From Myxococcota bacterium (GTDB taxonomy: Bacteria; Myxococcota_A; UBA796; GCA-2862545): DNA of 25,550 nucleotides. The notes beneath the pieces are model-generated. The model did not search any database and was not told where the DNA came from. It saw only the letters and a program-made list of their open reading frames with translations. Each line of letters opens with the position of its first letter. Within the stretch, counting starts at the first letter, position 1. The position numbers and the translations under genes are program-made. Of this stretch, positions 8,438 to 17,731 are shown in pieces. The stretch spans positions 1 to 25,550 of the forward strand of contig JBCCQY010000135.1 in assembly GCA_039208735.1 (NCBI GenBank), given 5' to 3'.

Positions 8438-9166
8438 CTAAGGACGGAGATCTACGCCGGTCTGCTCGCGTTTAGACTCCGCCGCAAGAAGTCGTCCCCG
8501 TACACTCCAAGTCACAAGGATGGTGGCCAACAATGTGACCCCCAGGCCCACGGGACGAGCCCACCCGGGCGACTGAACATCACCTGTCCAAACGGCAGCC
8601 AAATCCGAAACCGAGGCTCCAATGCCGGTATAGAACGCCATGGGCACGATCCCGCCGATCAGGGACCCGATGAAGTAGTCCCGGGGTCGAACGGCGGTGG
8701 TTCCAAGAGCCAGATTCATCAGGTTGTACGGAGCAAGCGGCGAAACGCGAAGCAGCGCCACCATCGTGGTGGCCCGATCCGCAACGGTGGTGTCCAACGC
8801 ACTGAGCGCCTTCGACCGCTCCACCACCTGGCGAGCTTGGTTCCGCAGCCACGTCCGCGCCAAGAGAAAGCCCAAGAACCCCCAGAGGTTGGACAAGACG
8901 ACGGCGACGGCAAATCCCCAGCCATGGCCCCACAAGAACCCTGCACTCATCTGCATCGACGAGGCAGGTAAGCCTGCGATGGTGATGAGACCATACAGCC
9001 CGATGAAGCCCATCCAGCCCAGTGGCCCCGAATGTTCAACGGACTCGAGCAACGCCATGACGGTACCGGGCACATCTGCAGGAGCAGTGGTGCACCCGAC
9101 CGCCACGAGCGCGCCCACCCCGATCAGCCCAATCCATAGCGCTCTTGAGCGAACGATGTGGCTCAC
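8438..9166 (-). CDS. TVP38/TMEM64 (VTT/DedA superfamily) membrane protein
   Basis: GLPASSMQMSAGFLWG, FLLARTWLR, ALLRVSPLAPYNLMNLALG and YFIGSLIGGIVP. GTG 9166 follows GGGGAG (alternative ATG 9190). Confidence 0.88.
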   Translation of the reverse strand: MSHIVRSRALWIGLIGVGALVAVGCTTAPADVPGTVMALLESVEHSGPLGWMGFIGLYGLITIAGLPASSMQMSAGFLWGHGWGFAVAVVLSNLWGFLGFLLARTWLRNQARQVVERSKALSALDTTVADRATTMVALLRVSPLAPYNLMNLALGTTAVRPRDYFIGSLIGGIVPMAFYTGIGASVSDLAAVWTGDVQSPGWARPVGLGVTLLATILVTWSVRGRLLAAESKREQTGVDLRP

Positions 9167-9278
9167 GCGATGGCTCCCCACGAAGCCCATGTGACAGCCC
9201 CGCGCACTCGGTGTACCCGGCTGCGATGATGCTCGCTTGCTCGATGCACCAACGTCGCGGCACCGAAACGGAGGTCGA

Positions 9279-11843
9279 GTGACGAGAATAGCTCGTCTTA
9301 TCTCTGATGGAAGCTGGCAATTTGACGCCGCAACGCGAGCCGCTCGCTTCCGATGGGCGCCCGAGCGCCTCACCACCCGTCGTGAGACGGTGGAGGCCCT
9401 GGCAGGTCGTCCGGTGCCCGAGGCGGAATGGGAAGCGGTCCTTCTTGAGGCATTTCTGGGCCTGCAAGAAGCCACGTTGCTCACCTTGCTCGAACTTCAG
9501 ATCCGGGTTGGGAATGACACCCTACCTCGAACCATGGCGTCCCTCGTTTCGCGGGAACGACCTGAACTTGCCCGACTCGTGGTCGCGACCTACCCGATGG
9601 ACCCAAAGCGCGGCGTCTCGTTCGCAACGCCCGTTCCTTCGCCGACGGCAGAGGCCATCTCGCATGCCATGCCTACGTTGCAGCGTCTTCGCCTCGAAGG
9701 TCACGGATTGCTGCCCCATCTCGAACATCCAACCCTGCAACACCTCGAAGTGGCGGGCTACCGAGCCCTGGTGGGGTGCGGCGCTGCCGAGCAAAGCCGC
9801 ATTGTGCTCCCCGCCCTTCGCGAAGTAACAGTGACCCTTGACCACCGAGCCGCCCCTCCGGAAGCGACCGTCGGCCTCGGCCTGTTCGAAACCAGGTCGC
9901 TTCGCAAATTGGATCTGCGCGGCCTTACCGGCTGGTTTGAAGCCACGCACCGCGGTTCGACCAGCGTGGCGGGCCTGCTTCAAGGCCTGGCCCAAGCCGG
10001 CGTGACCGAGCAGGTGGAGTGGTTGGGCCTTCCCATCATCCGGGCGCTCGACGGCCCTCACCTGCCTCAATGGCGCAATTGGCTGCCCAAACTCCGAACC
10101 CTGGACGTCACTCGCATCGACGCGGAACTCCGTGAGCCACTGTTGGCCCACATCCCTGAACTCCGAGTGGGCCGGCGAGCCGCCGTCTGGGTCGAAACCA
10201 TCGAAGCCCGTACCGCCCACGAACGACGCGACACTCTGCCTGACCCAGCCCTCAAGGTCGCAGAACTCGTGGCCCAGCATGCGCAAGACGCGGCCGCGCT
10301 CCGAGAACTCGAAGATCGCTTGCTACCCGAACATCGGATCTTGGCCACCCGGGCCCTAAAGACCCTCCCCAACCTCCTCGCCACTTCGGACCGACTGCCC
10401 GAAAGGGCCGTCGCACGACTGGGGCGTCGCCCGCAGGTTCCTTCCCCGCTAGACGTGCCACGGTCCACGCCGACTGTGCGCTCCGCCGACGGCCGGTGGA
10501 CGGCACGCGTTGAACGGGACGCCCTTGTTGTGCTCGATGCATCCAGCGAGGCAGAACGCACGCGCATTCCGGTTGCTCGCCGCCTCGGCCCCCTCGCGTT
10601 TTCCGCCAACGACTGGATTCTGGCCGGGGCCGAGGATGGCACGGTCACCGTATGGGACGCGCACGCCGGACACGAGATGGGGGTGTTTCACGGCCACCAT
10701 GGTCCGGTAGCCCAGCTCGCGGCCTCCACAGATGGTCGCTACGCCGCTTCGGTCGACCGCCCAACGCGTGGACCTGCTCGAATCCTGTTCATGGATCTTG
10801 GTCAGCTCAGAATTGCGGCGGTTCTCGAAGGCGAAGGCTCGCCAGACGCCAGGGGGAGTCTCCGCTTCGTCTATGGAGTGTTGGAAGCCCGGTGGGGCGG
10901 AGAGGCTCGGACCTACGATCCTTCCACGGGGCAAACCGCACGACCCCGCGACCGACTCCGCCGACTCGACCGCATCGCGGTGGCCCCGAATGGCCAGTCG
11001 CTCCTCACAACACCCGATGTCACCCAGTGGCACCTCGTGACGGCTTCACCCCTCGCGAGGATCGGCGACGCGGCGCGCCCGACGGGGGCCGTGGCGTTTG
11101 CTCCCCAAGGCCGAGGATTCGCTGTGGTCATTGGACAACACGCCACCCTGTTCAACTCCCCGGGACAGAAGCTCGCCACCATCGAGACCGCAGGACCCTG
11201 CCTCGATCTTGGCTTCCTGGCCGATGGCACATTGATCGTGACCACCCCGACCTCAGTCTCGGCGTGGTCGACTCCCTCCCTGACGCAGCGCTGGCGCTAC
11301 GAAAGTTCGGATCTCAGGCCCACCCGCTTGGCGATCTCGCCGCAGAGTGACCAAGTGGCCATCGGGGCCTTTGCGAACCAACTGGCGGTCCTCGACGCAG
11401 AAACGGGATCGTTGCGCGCCCGGTTGCTCGATGTCGAACTCGGCGAAAGTTCCCTCCCTCCAACGTTGCAGGCACTTGCGTGGACGCCTTCTGGCGAGAT
11501 CTTGACGTCGACTGGAGCCCCGTTCAATCGAACGTGGCGCTTCGGCCCCGACGGCGAAGGCCGCGGACCCCTGCTCGATGCACACGGTCACCCACTGGGC
11601 GGTCCGGCGATGGCCTGGTCGGCAAACGGAACAAACGTCGCCTTCGGCCGCTCGGAAGAACCCGGCATCGATCTCTATGAACAAAGCGCCACAGGGCTAC
11701 GGATCATCCACACGTTTACGCCAGGACCTACCCATCACGTGGTGGACCTGGCGTTCGGGGATGGCCAACTGCTTTCGGCGGGGCAAGACCGCGTGGTGCT
11801 GGTCTGGAACCTCGCGGGAATCGACTTCACGCCACAGGCGTGA
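9279..11843 (+). CDS. Large protein with N-terminal leucine-rich-repeat-like region and C-terminal WD40 beta-propeller
   Basis: GGAGG before GTG 9279. LRR-like units (PTLQRLRLEG, PTLQHLEVAG, PALREVTV, SLRKLDL, PKLRTLDV), then WD40 blades (LAFSANDWILAGAEDGTVTVWD; GHHGPVAQLAASTDGRYAAS; LLSAGQDRVVLVWN). Confidence 0.8.
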   Translation: MTRIARLISDGSWQFDAATRAARFRWAPERLTTRRETVEALAGRPVPEAEWEAVLLEAFLGLQEATLLTLLELQIRVGNDTLPRTMASLVSRERPELARLVVATYPMDPKRGVSFATPVPSPTAEAISHAMPTLQRLRLEGHGLLPHLEHPTLQHLEVAGYRALVGCGAAEQSRIVLPALREVTVTLDHRAAPPEATVGLGLFETRSLRKLDLRGLTGWFEATHRGSTSVAGLLQGLAQAGVTEQVEWLGLPIIRALDGPHLPQWRNWLPKLRTLDVTRIDAELREPLLAHIPELRVGRRAAVWVETIEARTAHERRDTLPDPALKVAELVAQHAQDAAALRELEDRLLPEHRILATRALKTLPNLLATSDRLPERAVARLGRRPQVPSPLDVPRSTPTVRSADGRWTARVERDALVVLDASSEAERTRIPVARRLGPLAFSANDWILAGAEDGTVTVWDAHAGHEMGVFHGHHGPVAQLAASTDGRYAASVDRPTRGPARILFMDLGQLRIAAVLEGEGSPDARGSLRFVYGVLEARWGGEARTYDPSTGQTARPRDRLRRLDRIAVAPNGQSLLTTPDVTQWHLVTASPLARIGDAARPTGAVAFAPQGRGFAVVIGQHATLFNSPGQKLATIETAGPCLDLGFLADGTLIVTTPTSVSAWSTPSLTQRWRYESSDLRPTRLAISPQSDQVAIGAFANQLAVLDAETGSLRARLLDVELGESSLPPTLQALAWTPSGEILTSTGAPFNRTWRFGPDGEGRGPLLDAHGHPLGGPAMAWSANGTNVAFGRSEEPGIDLYEQSATGLRIIHTFTPGPTHHVVDLAFGDGQLLSAGQDRVVLVWNLAGIDFTPQA

Positions 11844-12819
11844 CATCGCTCCGAATGTCGCCCACGTGCCGCAGACGGTGCAGCGCTTCGCGCTCGATCT
11901 GACGCACCCGCTCACGCGACAGCTTGAGACCCCTTGCGATTTCGCTTAGGGACCGCGACTCGCCATCTTCAAGGCCGTAGCGACGAATCACCACGTGGCG
12001 CTGACGGTCGTCCAAGACCGCGAGAACCGCCTTGCGCATCCGCGTAAGCTCTTCCGAAAGTTCCACAGTCGACTCCGGGTCTTCGACGAGTTCGTCCGAA
12101 AGTTGATCCGACACTGTACGGGCCTTAGGACCGTCCTCAAGCGGCTCTTCCAGCGAAAGAGCACGCTTGCGAGAAAGAAGGAAACGGGCTCGTTCTTCGT
12201 CGACGCCCGCATCCTGTGCAAGTTCGGCGATCGTCCATTCGATGCCGCTGTCTTCGTACGCCTTCATGGCCTTGCGCAAGTTGCGAAGCTGTTCAACCGC
12301 GCCGCCCGGCAGCCGAACCATGCGCCCATGCTGGTCGATGGCGCGGGTCATCTGGGCCCGCACCCACCAGCGCGCGTAGGTGCCAAAGCGGATGTCTCGA
12401 TCGGGGTCGAAACGCTGCGCGGCGCGGAGCAAGCCGACGTAGCCTTCCTGGGTGAGGTCCGCCTGATCGACGTTGGTATTCTTGAGCTTGCGAGCCTCAC
12501 CATGGGCGATTCTACGGCCCGACATCGCGAGTTCCCAGCGGTGGGACTCGGCTTTATCCCAAGCGGCCTTGGCCTTTCGCCACGCCATCTTGAGATCGGG
12601 ATCGTCGTTTCGGTGCTGACCCACAAGGTCAATCGCCTGGCCCAACCGATCCACTTTGCCCGCTCGCGTGCGCTCCGAGCCCTTACCCTTCCTCCGCAAA
12701 AGCGGCTGCACCAGGGGAAGATCCTCAATGGCGGCGCGCGCGAGCTTCTCTGCTTCTACGATGGCACGAGCAATCCGCTTCTCGTCATCCGCGTTCAACG
12801 TCGTCCACTGCTTTTCCAT
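11827..12819 (-). CDS. Alternative RNA polymerase sigma-70 factor (RpoD/RpoS-like, lacking region 1.1)
   Basis: GGAG RBS before ATG 12819. Region 2 DLTQEGYVGLLRAAQRFDPDRDIRFGTYARWWVRAQMTRAI, region 3 RMVRLP...ELAQ...SLEEP, region 4 RSLSEIARGLKLSRERVRQIEREALHRLR. Confidence 0.92.
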   Translation of the reverse strand: MEKQWTTLNADDEKRIARAIVEAEKLARAAIEDLPLVQPLLRRKGKGSERTRAGKVDRLGQAIDLVGQHRNDDPDLKMAWRKAKAAWDKAESHRWELAMSGRRIAHGEARKLKNTNVDQADLTQEGYVGLLRAAQRFDPDRDIRFGTYARWWVRAQMTRAIDQHGRMVRLPGGAVEQLRNLRKAMKAYEDSGIEWTIAELAQDAGVDEERARFLLSRKRALSLEEPLEDGPKARTVSDQLSDELVEDPESTVELSEELTRMRKAVLAVLDDRQRHVVIRRYGLEDGESRSLSEIARGLKLSRERVRQIEREALHRLRHVGDIRSDVTPVA

Positions 12820-12833
12820 GGTGTGCTCCGCTC

Positions 12834-12877
12834 TTGCACATCGATTGTACACGCCTTGTATACAGTGTGTATAGAGT
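12834..12877 (-). promoter_or_regulatory. Array of four tandem 11-bp direct repeats (TnnACA core) upstream of the sigma factor; CarH/LitR-type operator candidate
   Basis: Minus strand reads actcTATACAc / actgTATACAa / ggcgTGTACAa / tcgaTGTGCAa with an exact 11-bp period, ending 14 nt before the ATG. It contains a TACAAT -10-like hexamer. Confidence 0.6.
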
Positions 12878-13252
12878 GCGCCATTCGTTTTGACGAATGC
12901 ACGCTTGTGAACCTCAAACCCTGCTTACTGGCGCATATGGATTTCCCTGGCCCCTCAGAAGGCGAGAAAGCAAGGGTTGGTCCGTCACGTTCCTGACCAA
13001 CTTTATCCAGGGTTTCGGACCACTTTCATCGTCAAAACTTGCTCTCATCTAATTAGCAAGTTTTCAACATCTCTATTTCTGCACACCCTTGAGGTCGAAA
13101 TCGAGGTTTGGATCCCACCTCAGCCGTGCAACGTGCTAAATGCTCGGCCTTCCGGTTTGGATGCTCGCTTTCAGAATCCCGCAAAACCTATTCAAGTGCA
13201 CAGAACCTGTTCAAACTGACCACAAGGGCTTGTACACCCTTGTGGGATCTCC

Positions 13253-13286
13253 AAAAAGAACCGCCGACGCACCTACGCCGACGGTT
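13253..13286 (-). terminator. Rho-independent terminator of the RND operon
   Basis: Minus strand AACCGTCGGCG-taggtg-CGTCGGCGGTT-CTTTTT: an 11-bp stem with two G-U pairs plus a U-tract, about 26 nt after the permease stop. Confidence 0.75.
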
Positions 13287-13312
13287 TGGTTTCCGGGGTC
13301 GCCAAACGGCCC

Positions 13313-16300
13313 CTACTTTGCGGCGGCGGACTGTTCCTCTGCCTCGGACGCCAAGCGACCGAAGAGCCACTGGCCTGCCTGCACGATGTCGTCGATGATG
13401 ATGTAGAGCGGCGGCCCGAGCAACAAGATCGCGGCGGTTGCGACCAGCACCCCAAAGCCCAAGCTGATCGCCATGGGAATGAGGAAGCGCGCCTGCACGC
13501 TCGTTTCGAGGATCATGGGAGCCAGGCCGAAGAACGTGGTCAGCGACGTGAGGAGGATGGGCCGCAATCGGCGCACGCCGCCTTGCTTCGCAGCCTCCCA
13601 TGCGGTCATGCCTTGGTCACGGTAGCGGTTGATCGCGTCGATCATGACGAGACTGTCGTTCACGACAACGCCAGCCAGGGCCACGATGCCGAATGCGCTG
13701 ATCATCGACATCTCGTAGCCCATGACGAAGTGCCCAAAGACCGCGCCAACGAGCCCCATCGGAATCGCCGCCATGACGATGACCGGCTGGATGTAGCTGC
13801 GGAACGGAATCGCCAACATGGCGTACATGACAAACAGGGCGAGCAAGAAGTTGAGACCCAGTGAGGTCATGACCTCGGCCTGCTCGCGCTGCTCCCCCGC
13901 AAAGTCTACGATTAGACCTGGATATTCCTTACGAAGCCGAGGAAACAGCTCCGTCTCAAGCGATTCCACGATGTCGGTTGAACTCTTGGCCGTGGGAGCC
14001 AGTTCGGCGGTCACGTTCACGATGCGCCGACCATCCTCACGGGTGATCGTCGTCGGAGCCCGTCCCCGAACGGCCTCTGCGACCTGGCTTAGGGGGACGT
14101 AGCTGCCGGTGGGCGTGCGAATGCGCAACCGCTCAAGGTGGTACTCACTGTCGCGCTGGGCTTCGGGCAGGCGCACCATGACCTTCATCTCATTTCGACC
14201 GCGCTGCTCCCGCAGGGCTTCCGCGCCGAAGAAGGCCGACCGCAATTGACGGGCCACGTCGTTTCCGGTGAGGCCCAGCGTCGCGGCGGACGGAAGCAGC
14301 TGGTAGTCGACCTGTGGCTTGCCTAGTGCAAAGCTGTTTTCGAAGTCGGTGAGCCCGTTGTAGGTCTTGAGCACACCCAACACCTCATTCGAAACCTTGT
14401 CGAGCACCTCCGTGTCGGGATGCGAGACCAGCACATCCACGGCAGCGCCACTTCCCGGGCCGACCGACGAAGAGAAGACCAGCGATTCAAGCCCCGCCAA
14501 CGCAGGCATCTGGGCAGACCACAGGTTTGAAAACTCCTGGGACGACAGGTCACGTTGGCCCGTCGGCACGAGCTGGACCTCGACCGAAACGAGATGGCCT
14601 CCTTCTTCGCGCGCCCCATTTCGACTCGCAGGCCCCGCGCCAAGCGAGGCGTACATGCCCTTGAAGACGTCGCGACCCGCTTCGTCGACCGCGCGTTGGG
14701 CCGCGGCTTCGATCGCCCTTTGTACCTCGGCGGTCCGGGAGATCGGCGTGCCGTACGGCAGACGGGCGCTCGCCGTGACCAGGTCACCCTCGAGCTTCGG
14801 GAAGAAGGTCTGCGGAACGAGGCCCGACCCCATGATGCCCAAGGTGAGGATGAACAGGGCAAACCCACCCGCTACCGAAACGTAGCGCCACCCGATCAAC
14901 CGATCGACGGTGGGCGCATACCAGTGGTCGCGGAAGTTGACAAGGCCACGCTCGATGGGGGCTCGCATGCGCGCGATGGCCTCGCTGAACCAGCGTGCAG
15001 GCGGAAACACCTTGCCCAACCCATCGCCCCCGTGACCGAGGTGCGCCGGCAACACAAAGAAGCTCTCGAGCCAGCTGAACAGGAGCACCAAAATGACCAG
15101 GGTCGGCAGAATACCGAAGATTTTGCCCATGAAACCCGGCACAAAGAGCATCGGCGTAAACATGATGACCGTCGTGATGATCGAGAACGACACCGGCACG
15201 ATCATCTGAGATGCGCCTTCGACCGCGGCCTTCAACCTGGGAACGCCGCTGTTCTCAGCATCGTAGATGTTCTCGCCCACCACGATGGCGTCGTCGACGA
15301 CCATGCCCAGGGTGATGATGAACGCGAACAGGCTGATCATGTTCACCGAAACATCGACGGCGGGCATCAACGCGAAGGCCCCAAGAATCGAAATCGGAAT
15401 GCCGAGCCCGACCCAAATCGCGAGCCGCAAGTCGAGGAACGCGGTCAGCACGAGCAACACGAGGATCATCCCCATCCAGGCGTTGCGCGTCAGCAAGTCG
15501 ATGCGGCCCCGAAGAAGCTCGGAATCATCGTTCCAAATGGCGAGCGTGAGGTTTTCCGGCAGCTCGGCTTCCAGCTCGGTCTTCAGTTCCTTGACCGAGT
15601 CAGCCACCGCCTGAGGCGTCTCATCGCCGATGCGAAACGCCACGATGCGAACCGCTGGATTGCCGTTGTAGTAGTTGTAAAGGTCCACATCGGCGTAGCC
15701 ATCGATGACCCGGGCCATGTCACCCAAGCGGACGTCGCCCCCCGCTTCAGTTCCCTTGATCACGATGTCTTCGAACTCGAACCCCTCCAGTCGCCGGTCC
15801 GCGACGCGAACGAGCAGCTCGCCACCACGGGTCTTCAGCGCCCCGCCGGGCAACTCGAGGCTCGAAGCACGGACCTGGGCTGCGATCTGATCGAGCGTCA
15901 ACCCGTACGCTTCCAACGTTTCCTGGGGCACCTCGATGGCGATCTCGAGAGGGCGTACGCCCTGAAGGTCGACCTGCGTGATCTGTGGATTGGTGAGCAA
16001 TCGGTCCCGGACGGACTCGGCGACGTCATGCAACGCCCGAAGCTCCTGGTCTCCAGACAGCACCAACGAAATGACCTGCTGTCGCTGGCTCACCAGCGTC
16101 ACGTTGGGCTCTTCTGCCTCTTCGGGCAACGACGACACCCGGTCGACAGCGGTTTTCACATCGGCCAGGACCTTGTCGGGGTTCGCTCCGAGCAACAGCT
16201 CGGCGTAGACGGTCCCCACACCCTCGGCTGCACCCGCGGTGACCCGCTTCACCCCGTCCAGGCCCCGAAGCTCCTCCTCGATGGCCAACACGATGCCCTG

Positions 16301-16528
16301 CTCGACCTCCGACGGACTTGCGCCAGGGTAGGGCACCTGCACATTGACAATGTCGAGCGTGAAGGTCGGGAAAACCTCCTGCTTCACGCGGGCAAGTCCA
16401 AACACGCCCCCGACCATGATGATCAGCATGAGCAGGTTGGCCGCAACCGAATTGCGAGCCATCCACGCGATGGCGCCGGTAGGCGTTGCGCTCTCGGTCG
16501 GTTCGGTGCTCTCCGTTTCGTCCGACAT
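13313..16528 (-). CDS. RND efflux permease (AcrB/AcrD/AcrF family)
   Basis: 1071 aa with N-terminal NSVAANLLM, YPGASPSEVE, TM4 GMVVDDAIVVGE, GVVVNDSLVMID and RLRPILLTSLTT. Confidence 0.96.
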   Translation of the reverse strand: MSDETESTEPTESATPTGAIAWMARNSVAANLLMLIIMVGGVFGLARVKQEVFPTFTLDIVNVQVPYPGASPSEVEQGIVLAIEEELRGLDGVKRVTAGAAEGVGTVYAELLLGANPDKVLADVKTAVDRVSSLPEEAEEPNVTLVSQRQQVISLVLSGDQELRALHDVAESVRDRLLTNPQITQVDLQGVRPLEIAIEVPQETLEAYGLTLDQIAAQVRASSLELPGGALKTRGGELLVRVADRRLEGFEFEDIVIKGTEAGGDVRLGDMARVIDGYADVDLYNYYNGNPAVRIVAFRIGDETPQAVADSVKELKTELEAELPENLTLAIWNDDSELLRGRIDLLTRNAWMGMILVLLVLTAFLDLRLAIWVGLGIPISILGAFALMPAVDVSVNMISLFAFIITLGMVVDDAIVVGENIYDAENSGVPRLKAAVEGASQMIVPVSFSIITTVIMFTPMLFVPGFMGKIFGILPTLVILVLLFSWLESFFVLPAHLGHGGDGLGKVFPPARWFSEAIARMRAPIERGLVNFRDHWYAPTVDRLIGWRYVSVAGGFALFILTLGIMGSGLVPQTFFPKLEGDLVTASARLPYGTPISRTAEVQRAIEAAAQRAVDEAGRDVFKGMYASLGAGPASRNGAREEGGHLVSVEVQLVPTGQRDLSSQEFSNLWSAQMPALAGLESLVFSSSVGPGSGAAVDVLVSHPDTEVLDKVSNEVLGVLKTYNGLTDFENSFALGKPQVDYQLLPSAATLGLTGNDVARQLRSAFFGAEALREQRGRNEMKVMVRLPEAQRDSEYHLERLRIRTPTGSYVPLSQVAEAVRGRAPTTITREDGRRIVNVTAELAPTAKSSTDIVESLETELFPRLRKEYPGLIVDFAGEQREQAEVMTSLGLNFLLALFVMYAMLAIPFRSYIQPVIVMAAIPMGLVGAVFGHFVMGYEMSMISAFGIVALAGVVVNDSLVMIDAINRYRDQGMTAWEAAKQGGVRRLRPILLTSLTTFFGLAPMILETSVQARFLIPMAISLGFGVLVATAAILLLGPPLYIIIDDIVQAGQWLFGRLASEAEEQSAAAK

Positions 16529-16531
16529 GGC

Positions 16532-17731
16532 CTAGTTCTCCTGTTCGCGAGGAGCCGGGGCAACATTGGCCGCCTTCGCGTCCACCGGAATCGACTCGAC
16601 CCGCATGCCTTCGATGGGGTAGGCAAGCGGACTCACCACCACCCGGCTCCCAGCTTCGAGGCCTTCGGTCACGATCACGTCCTCGGCTTCCCGCCAGCCC
16701 ACGCTCACGGTGCGAGAGGCCAAGGTGCCTTCCTGTTCGACGACCCAGACCTTGTCTCCGCCGTCCAGCGCAGTCCGCGGAATCGTCATGACCTCGCGCA
16801 ACACGCGACCATCGATGGCGACGTCCACGTAGGCGCCCGGCAACAGCGGAATGGACCCTTCGGGCCCGTCCATGGGGTTGGGCACCACCACGAGAAGCTG
16901 GGCGGTGCGGGTGGCCGCATCGAGTTGAGCCAGCAGCTGAGCTACCGAACCATCGCGGACCACCGACCCCGTGGCCAGACGCTGTTCAACACGCGCGGGC
17001 GAACCTGGCTCGTCGCCCGCCGGCAATGCCACCGCCGGAACTTGGTCCACCGGCACGGACACTTTCACCCACACCTCGTCCGTGCCGAGCAGGCTGGCCA
17101 CCGTATTGGTGGGGCCGACGACCTGTCCCAGATCGATCGACTCATCGAGGACCACCGCATTGAATGGAGCAACGAGGAACGTCCGTTGCAGGTTCAACTC
17201 GGCCTGCCGGAGTCCCGCTCGCGCCGCCGCAAGCGACTGCTCGGCGGCCTTCAACTGCGGCTTGCGCATGGCCAACGGCGCATCCTCTGGGTCGCGTCCA
17301 TCCCCGAGCAACGCCCACTCTTTCGCGGCCACGTCTTGGCGGCCCTTTTCGAGTTCAAGCTCAACTTCGGCAGCACGCACCTGGCTTTTCGACTGCTCGA
17401 CCGCCAGCTCGTAGTCTGTAGGATCGATGCGTGCGAGCACCGTCCCCTTGTCCACCCGGTTCCCCGGAACAAGCTTGTCGCTCTGCCACACAATGCGGCC
17501 CGTCACCTGCGGCATCAGCGTGATCTGGCGGGCCGGCTCGACGGTGCCGGTGGCGCGAACCTGGGCTGGCTTATCTTCAGGTTGCACCTCGACCACTTCG
17601 ACGCGCGTGACCACCTGCTCCGGCGCCTGGCGCTCGGCTTCGGGCCGCAACATGACCATGGCCCCGGCCACCAATCCGGTCCCACCGAGGATCGCGACGA
17701 TGATCGCCACGTTTGTCCAAACGTTATTCAC
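16532..17731 (-). CDS. RND efflux periplasmic adaptor (membrane fusion protein)
   Basis: N-terminal TM; ATGTVEPARQITLMPQVTGRI, LARIDPTDYEL, a coiled-coil hairpin, APFNAVV, LLPGAYV and GLEAGSRVV. GTGA overlap with the upstream gene. Confidence 0.94.
   Translation of the reverse strand: MNNVWTNVAIIVAILGGTGLVAGAMVMLRPEAERQAPEQVVTRVEVVEVQPEDKPAQVRATGTVEPARQITLMPQVTGRIVWQSDKLVPGNRVDKGTVLARIDPTDYELAVEQSKSQVRAAEVELELEKGRQDVAAKEWALLGDGRDPEDAPLAMRKPQLKAAEQSLAAARAGLRQAELNLQRTFLVAPFNAVVLDESIDLGQVVGPTNTVASLLGTDEVWVKVSVPVDQVPAVALPAGDEPGSPARVEQRLATGSVVRDGSVAQLLAQLDAATRTAQLLVVVPNPMDGPEGSIPLLPGAYVDVAIDGRVLREVMTIPRTALDGGDKVWVVEQEGTLASRTVSVGWREAEDVIVTEGLEAGSRVVVSPLAYPIEGMRVESIPVDAKAANVAPAPREQEN

Noticed and set aside
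9191..9484. N-terminal extension of the TVP38 ORF
   Set aside because: It overlaps the divergent LRR-WD40 gene and is low-complexity Arg/Ser sequence. A start at 9166 or 9190 fits the family length.
11995..12996. 333-aa plus-strand ORF opposite the sigma factor
   Set aside because: It is antisense to a well-supported gene and has no motif or convincing RBS.
12832..13085. Possible oriC: several one-mismatch DnaA-box-like 9-mers (TCTTGCACA, TGTGTATAG, TTTTCAACA, TTCTGCACA)
   Set aside because: There is no perfect box, no clear AT-rich unwinding element and no dnaA/dnaN/gidA context. Two of the matches are explained by the 11-bp repeat array.
12977..13406. Short ORFs in the sigma-RND intergenic region
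   Set aside because: They have atypical codon usage and no RBS or motif. The region is better explained as regulatory, and two of the ORFs cross the terminator.
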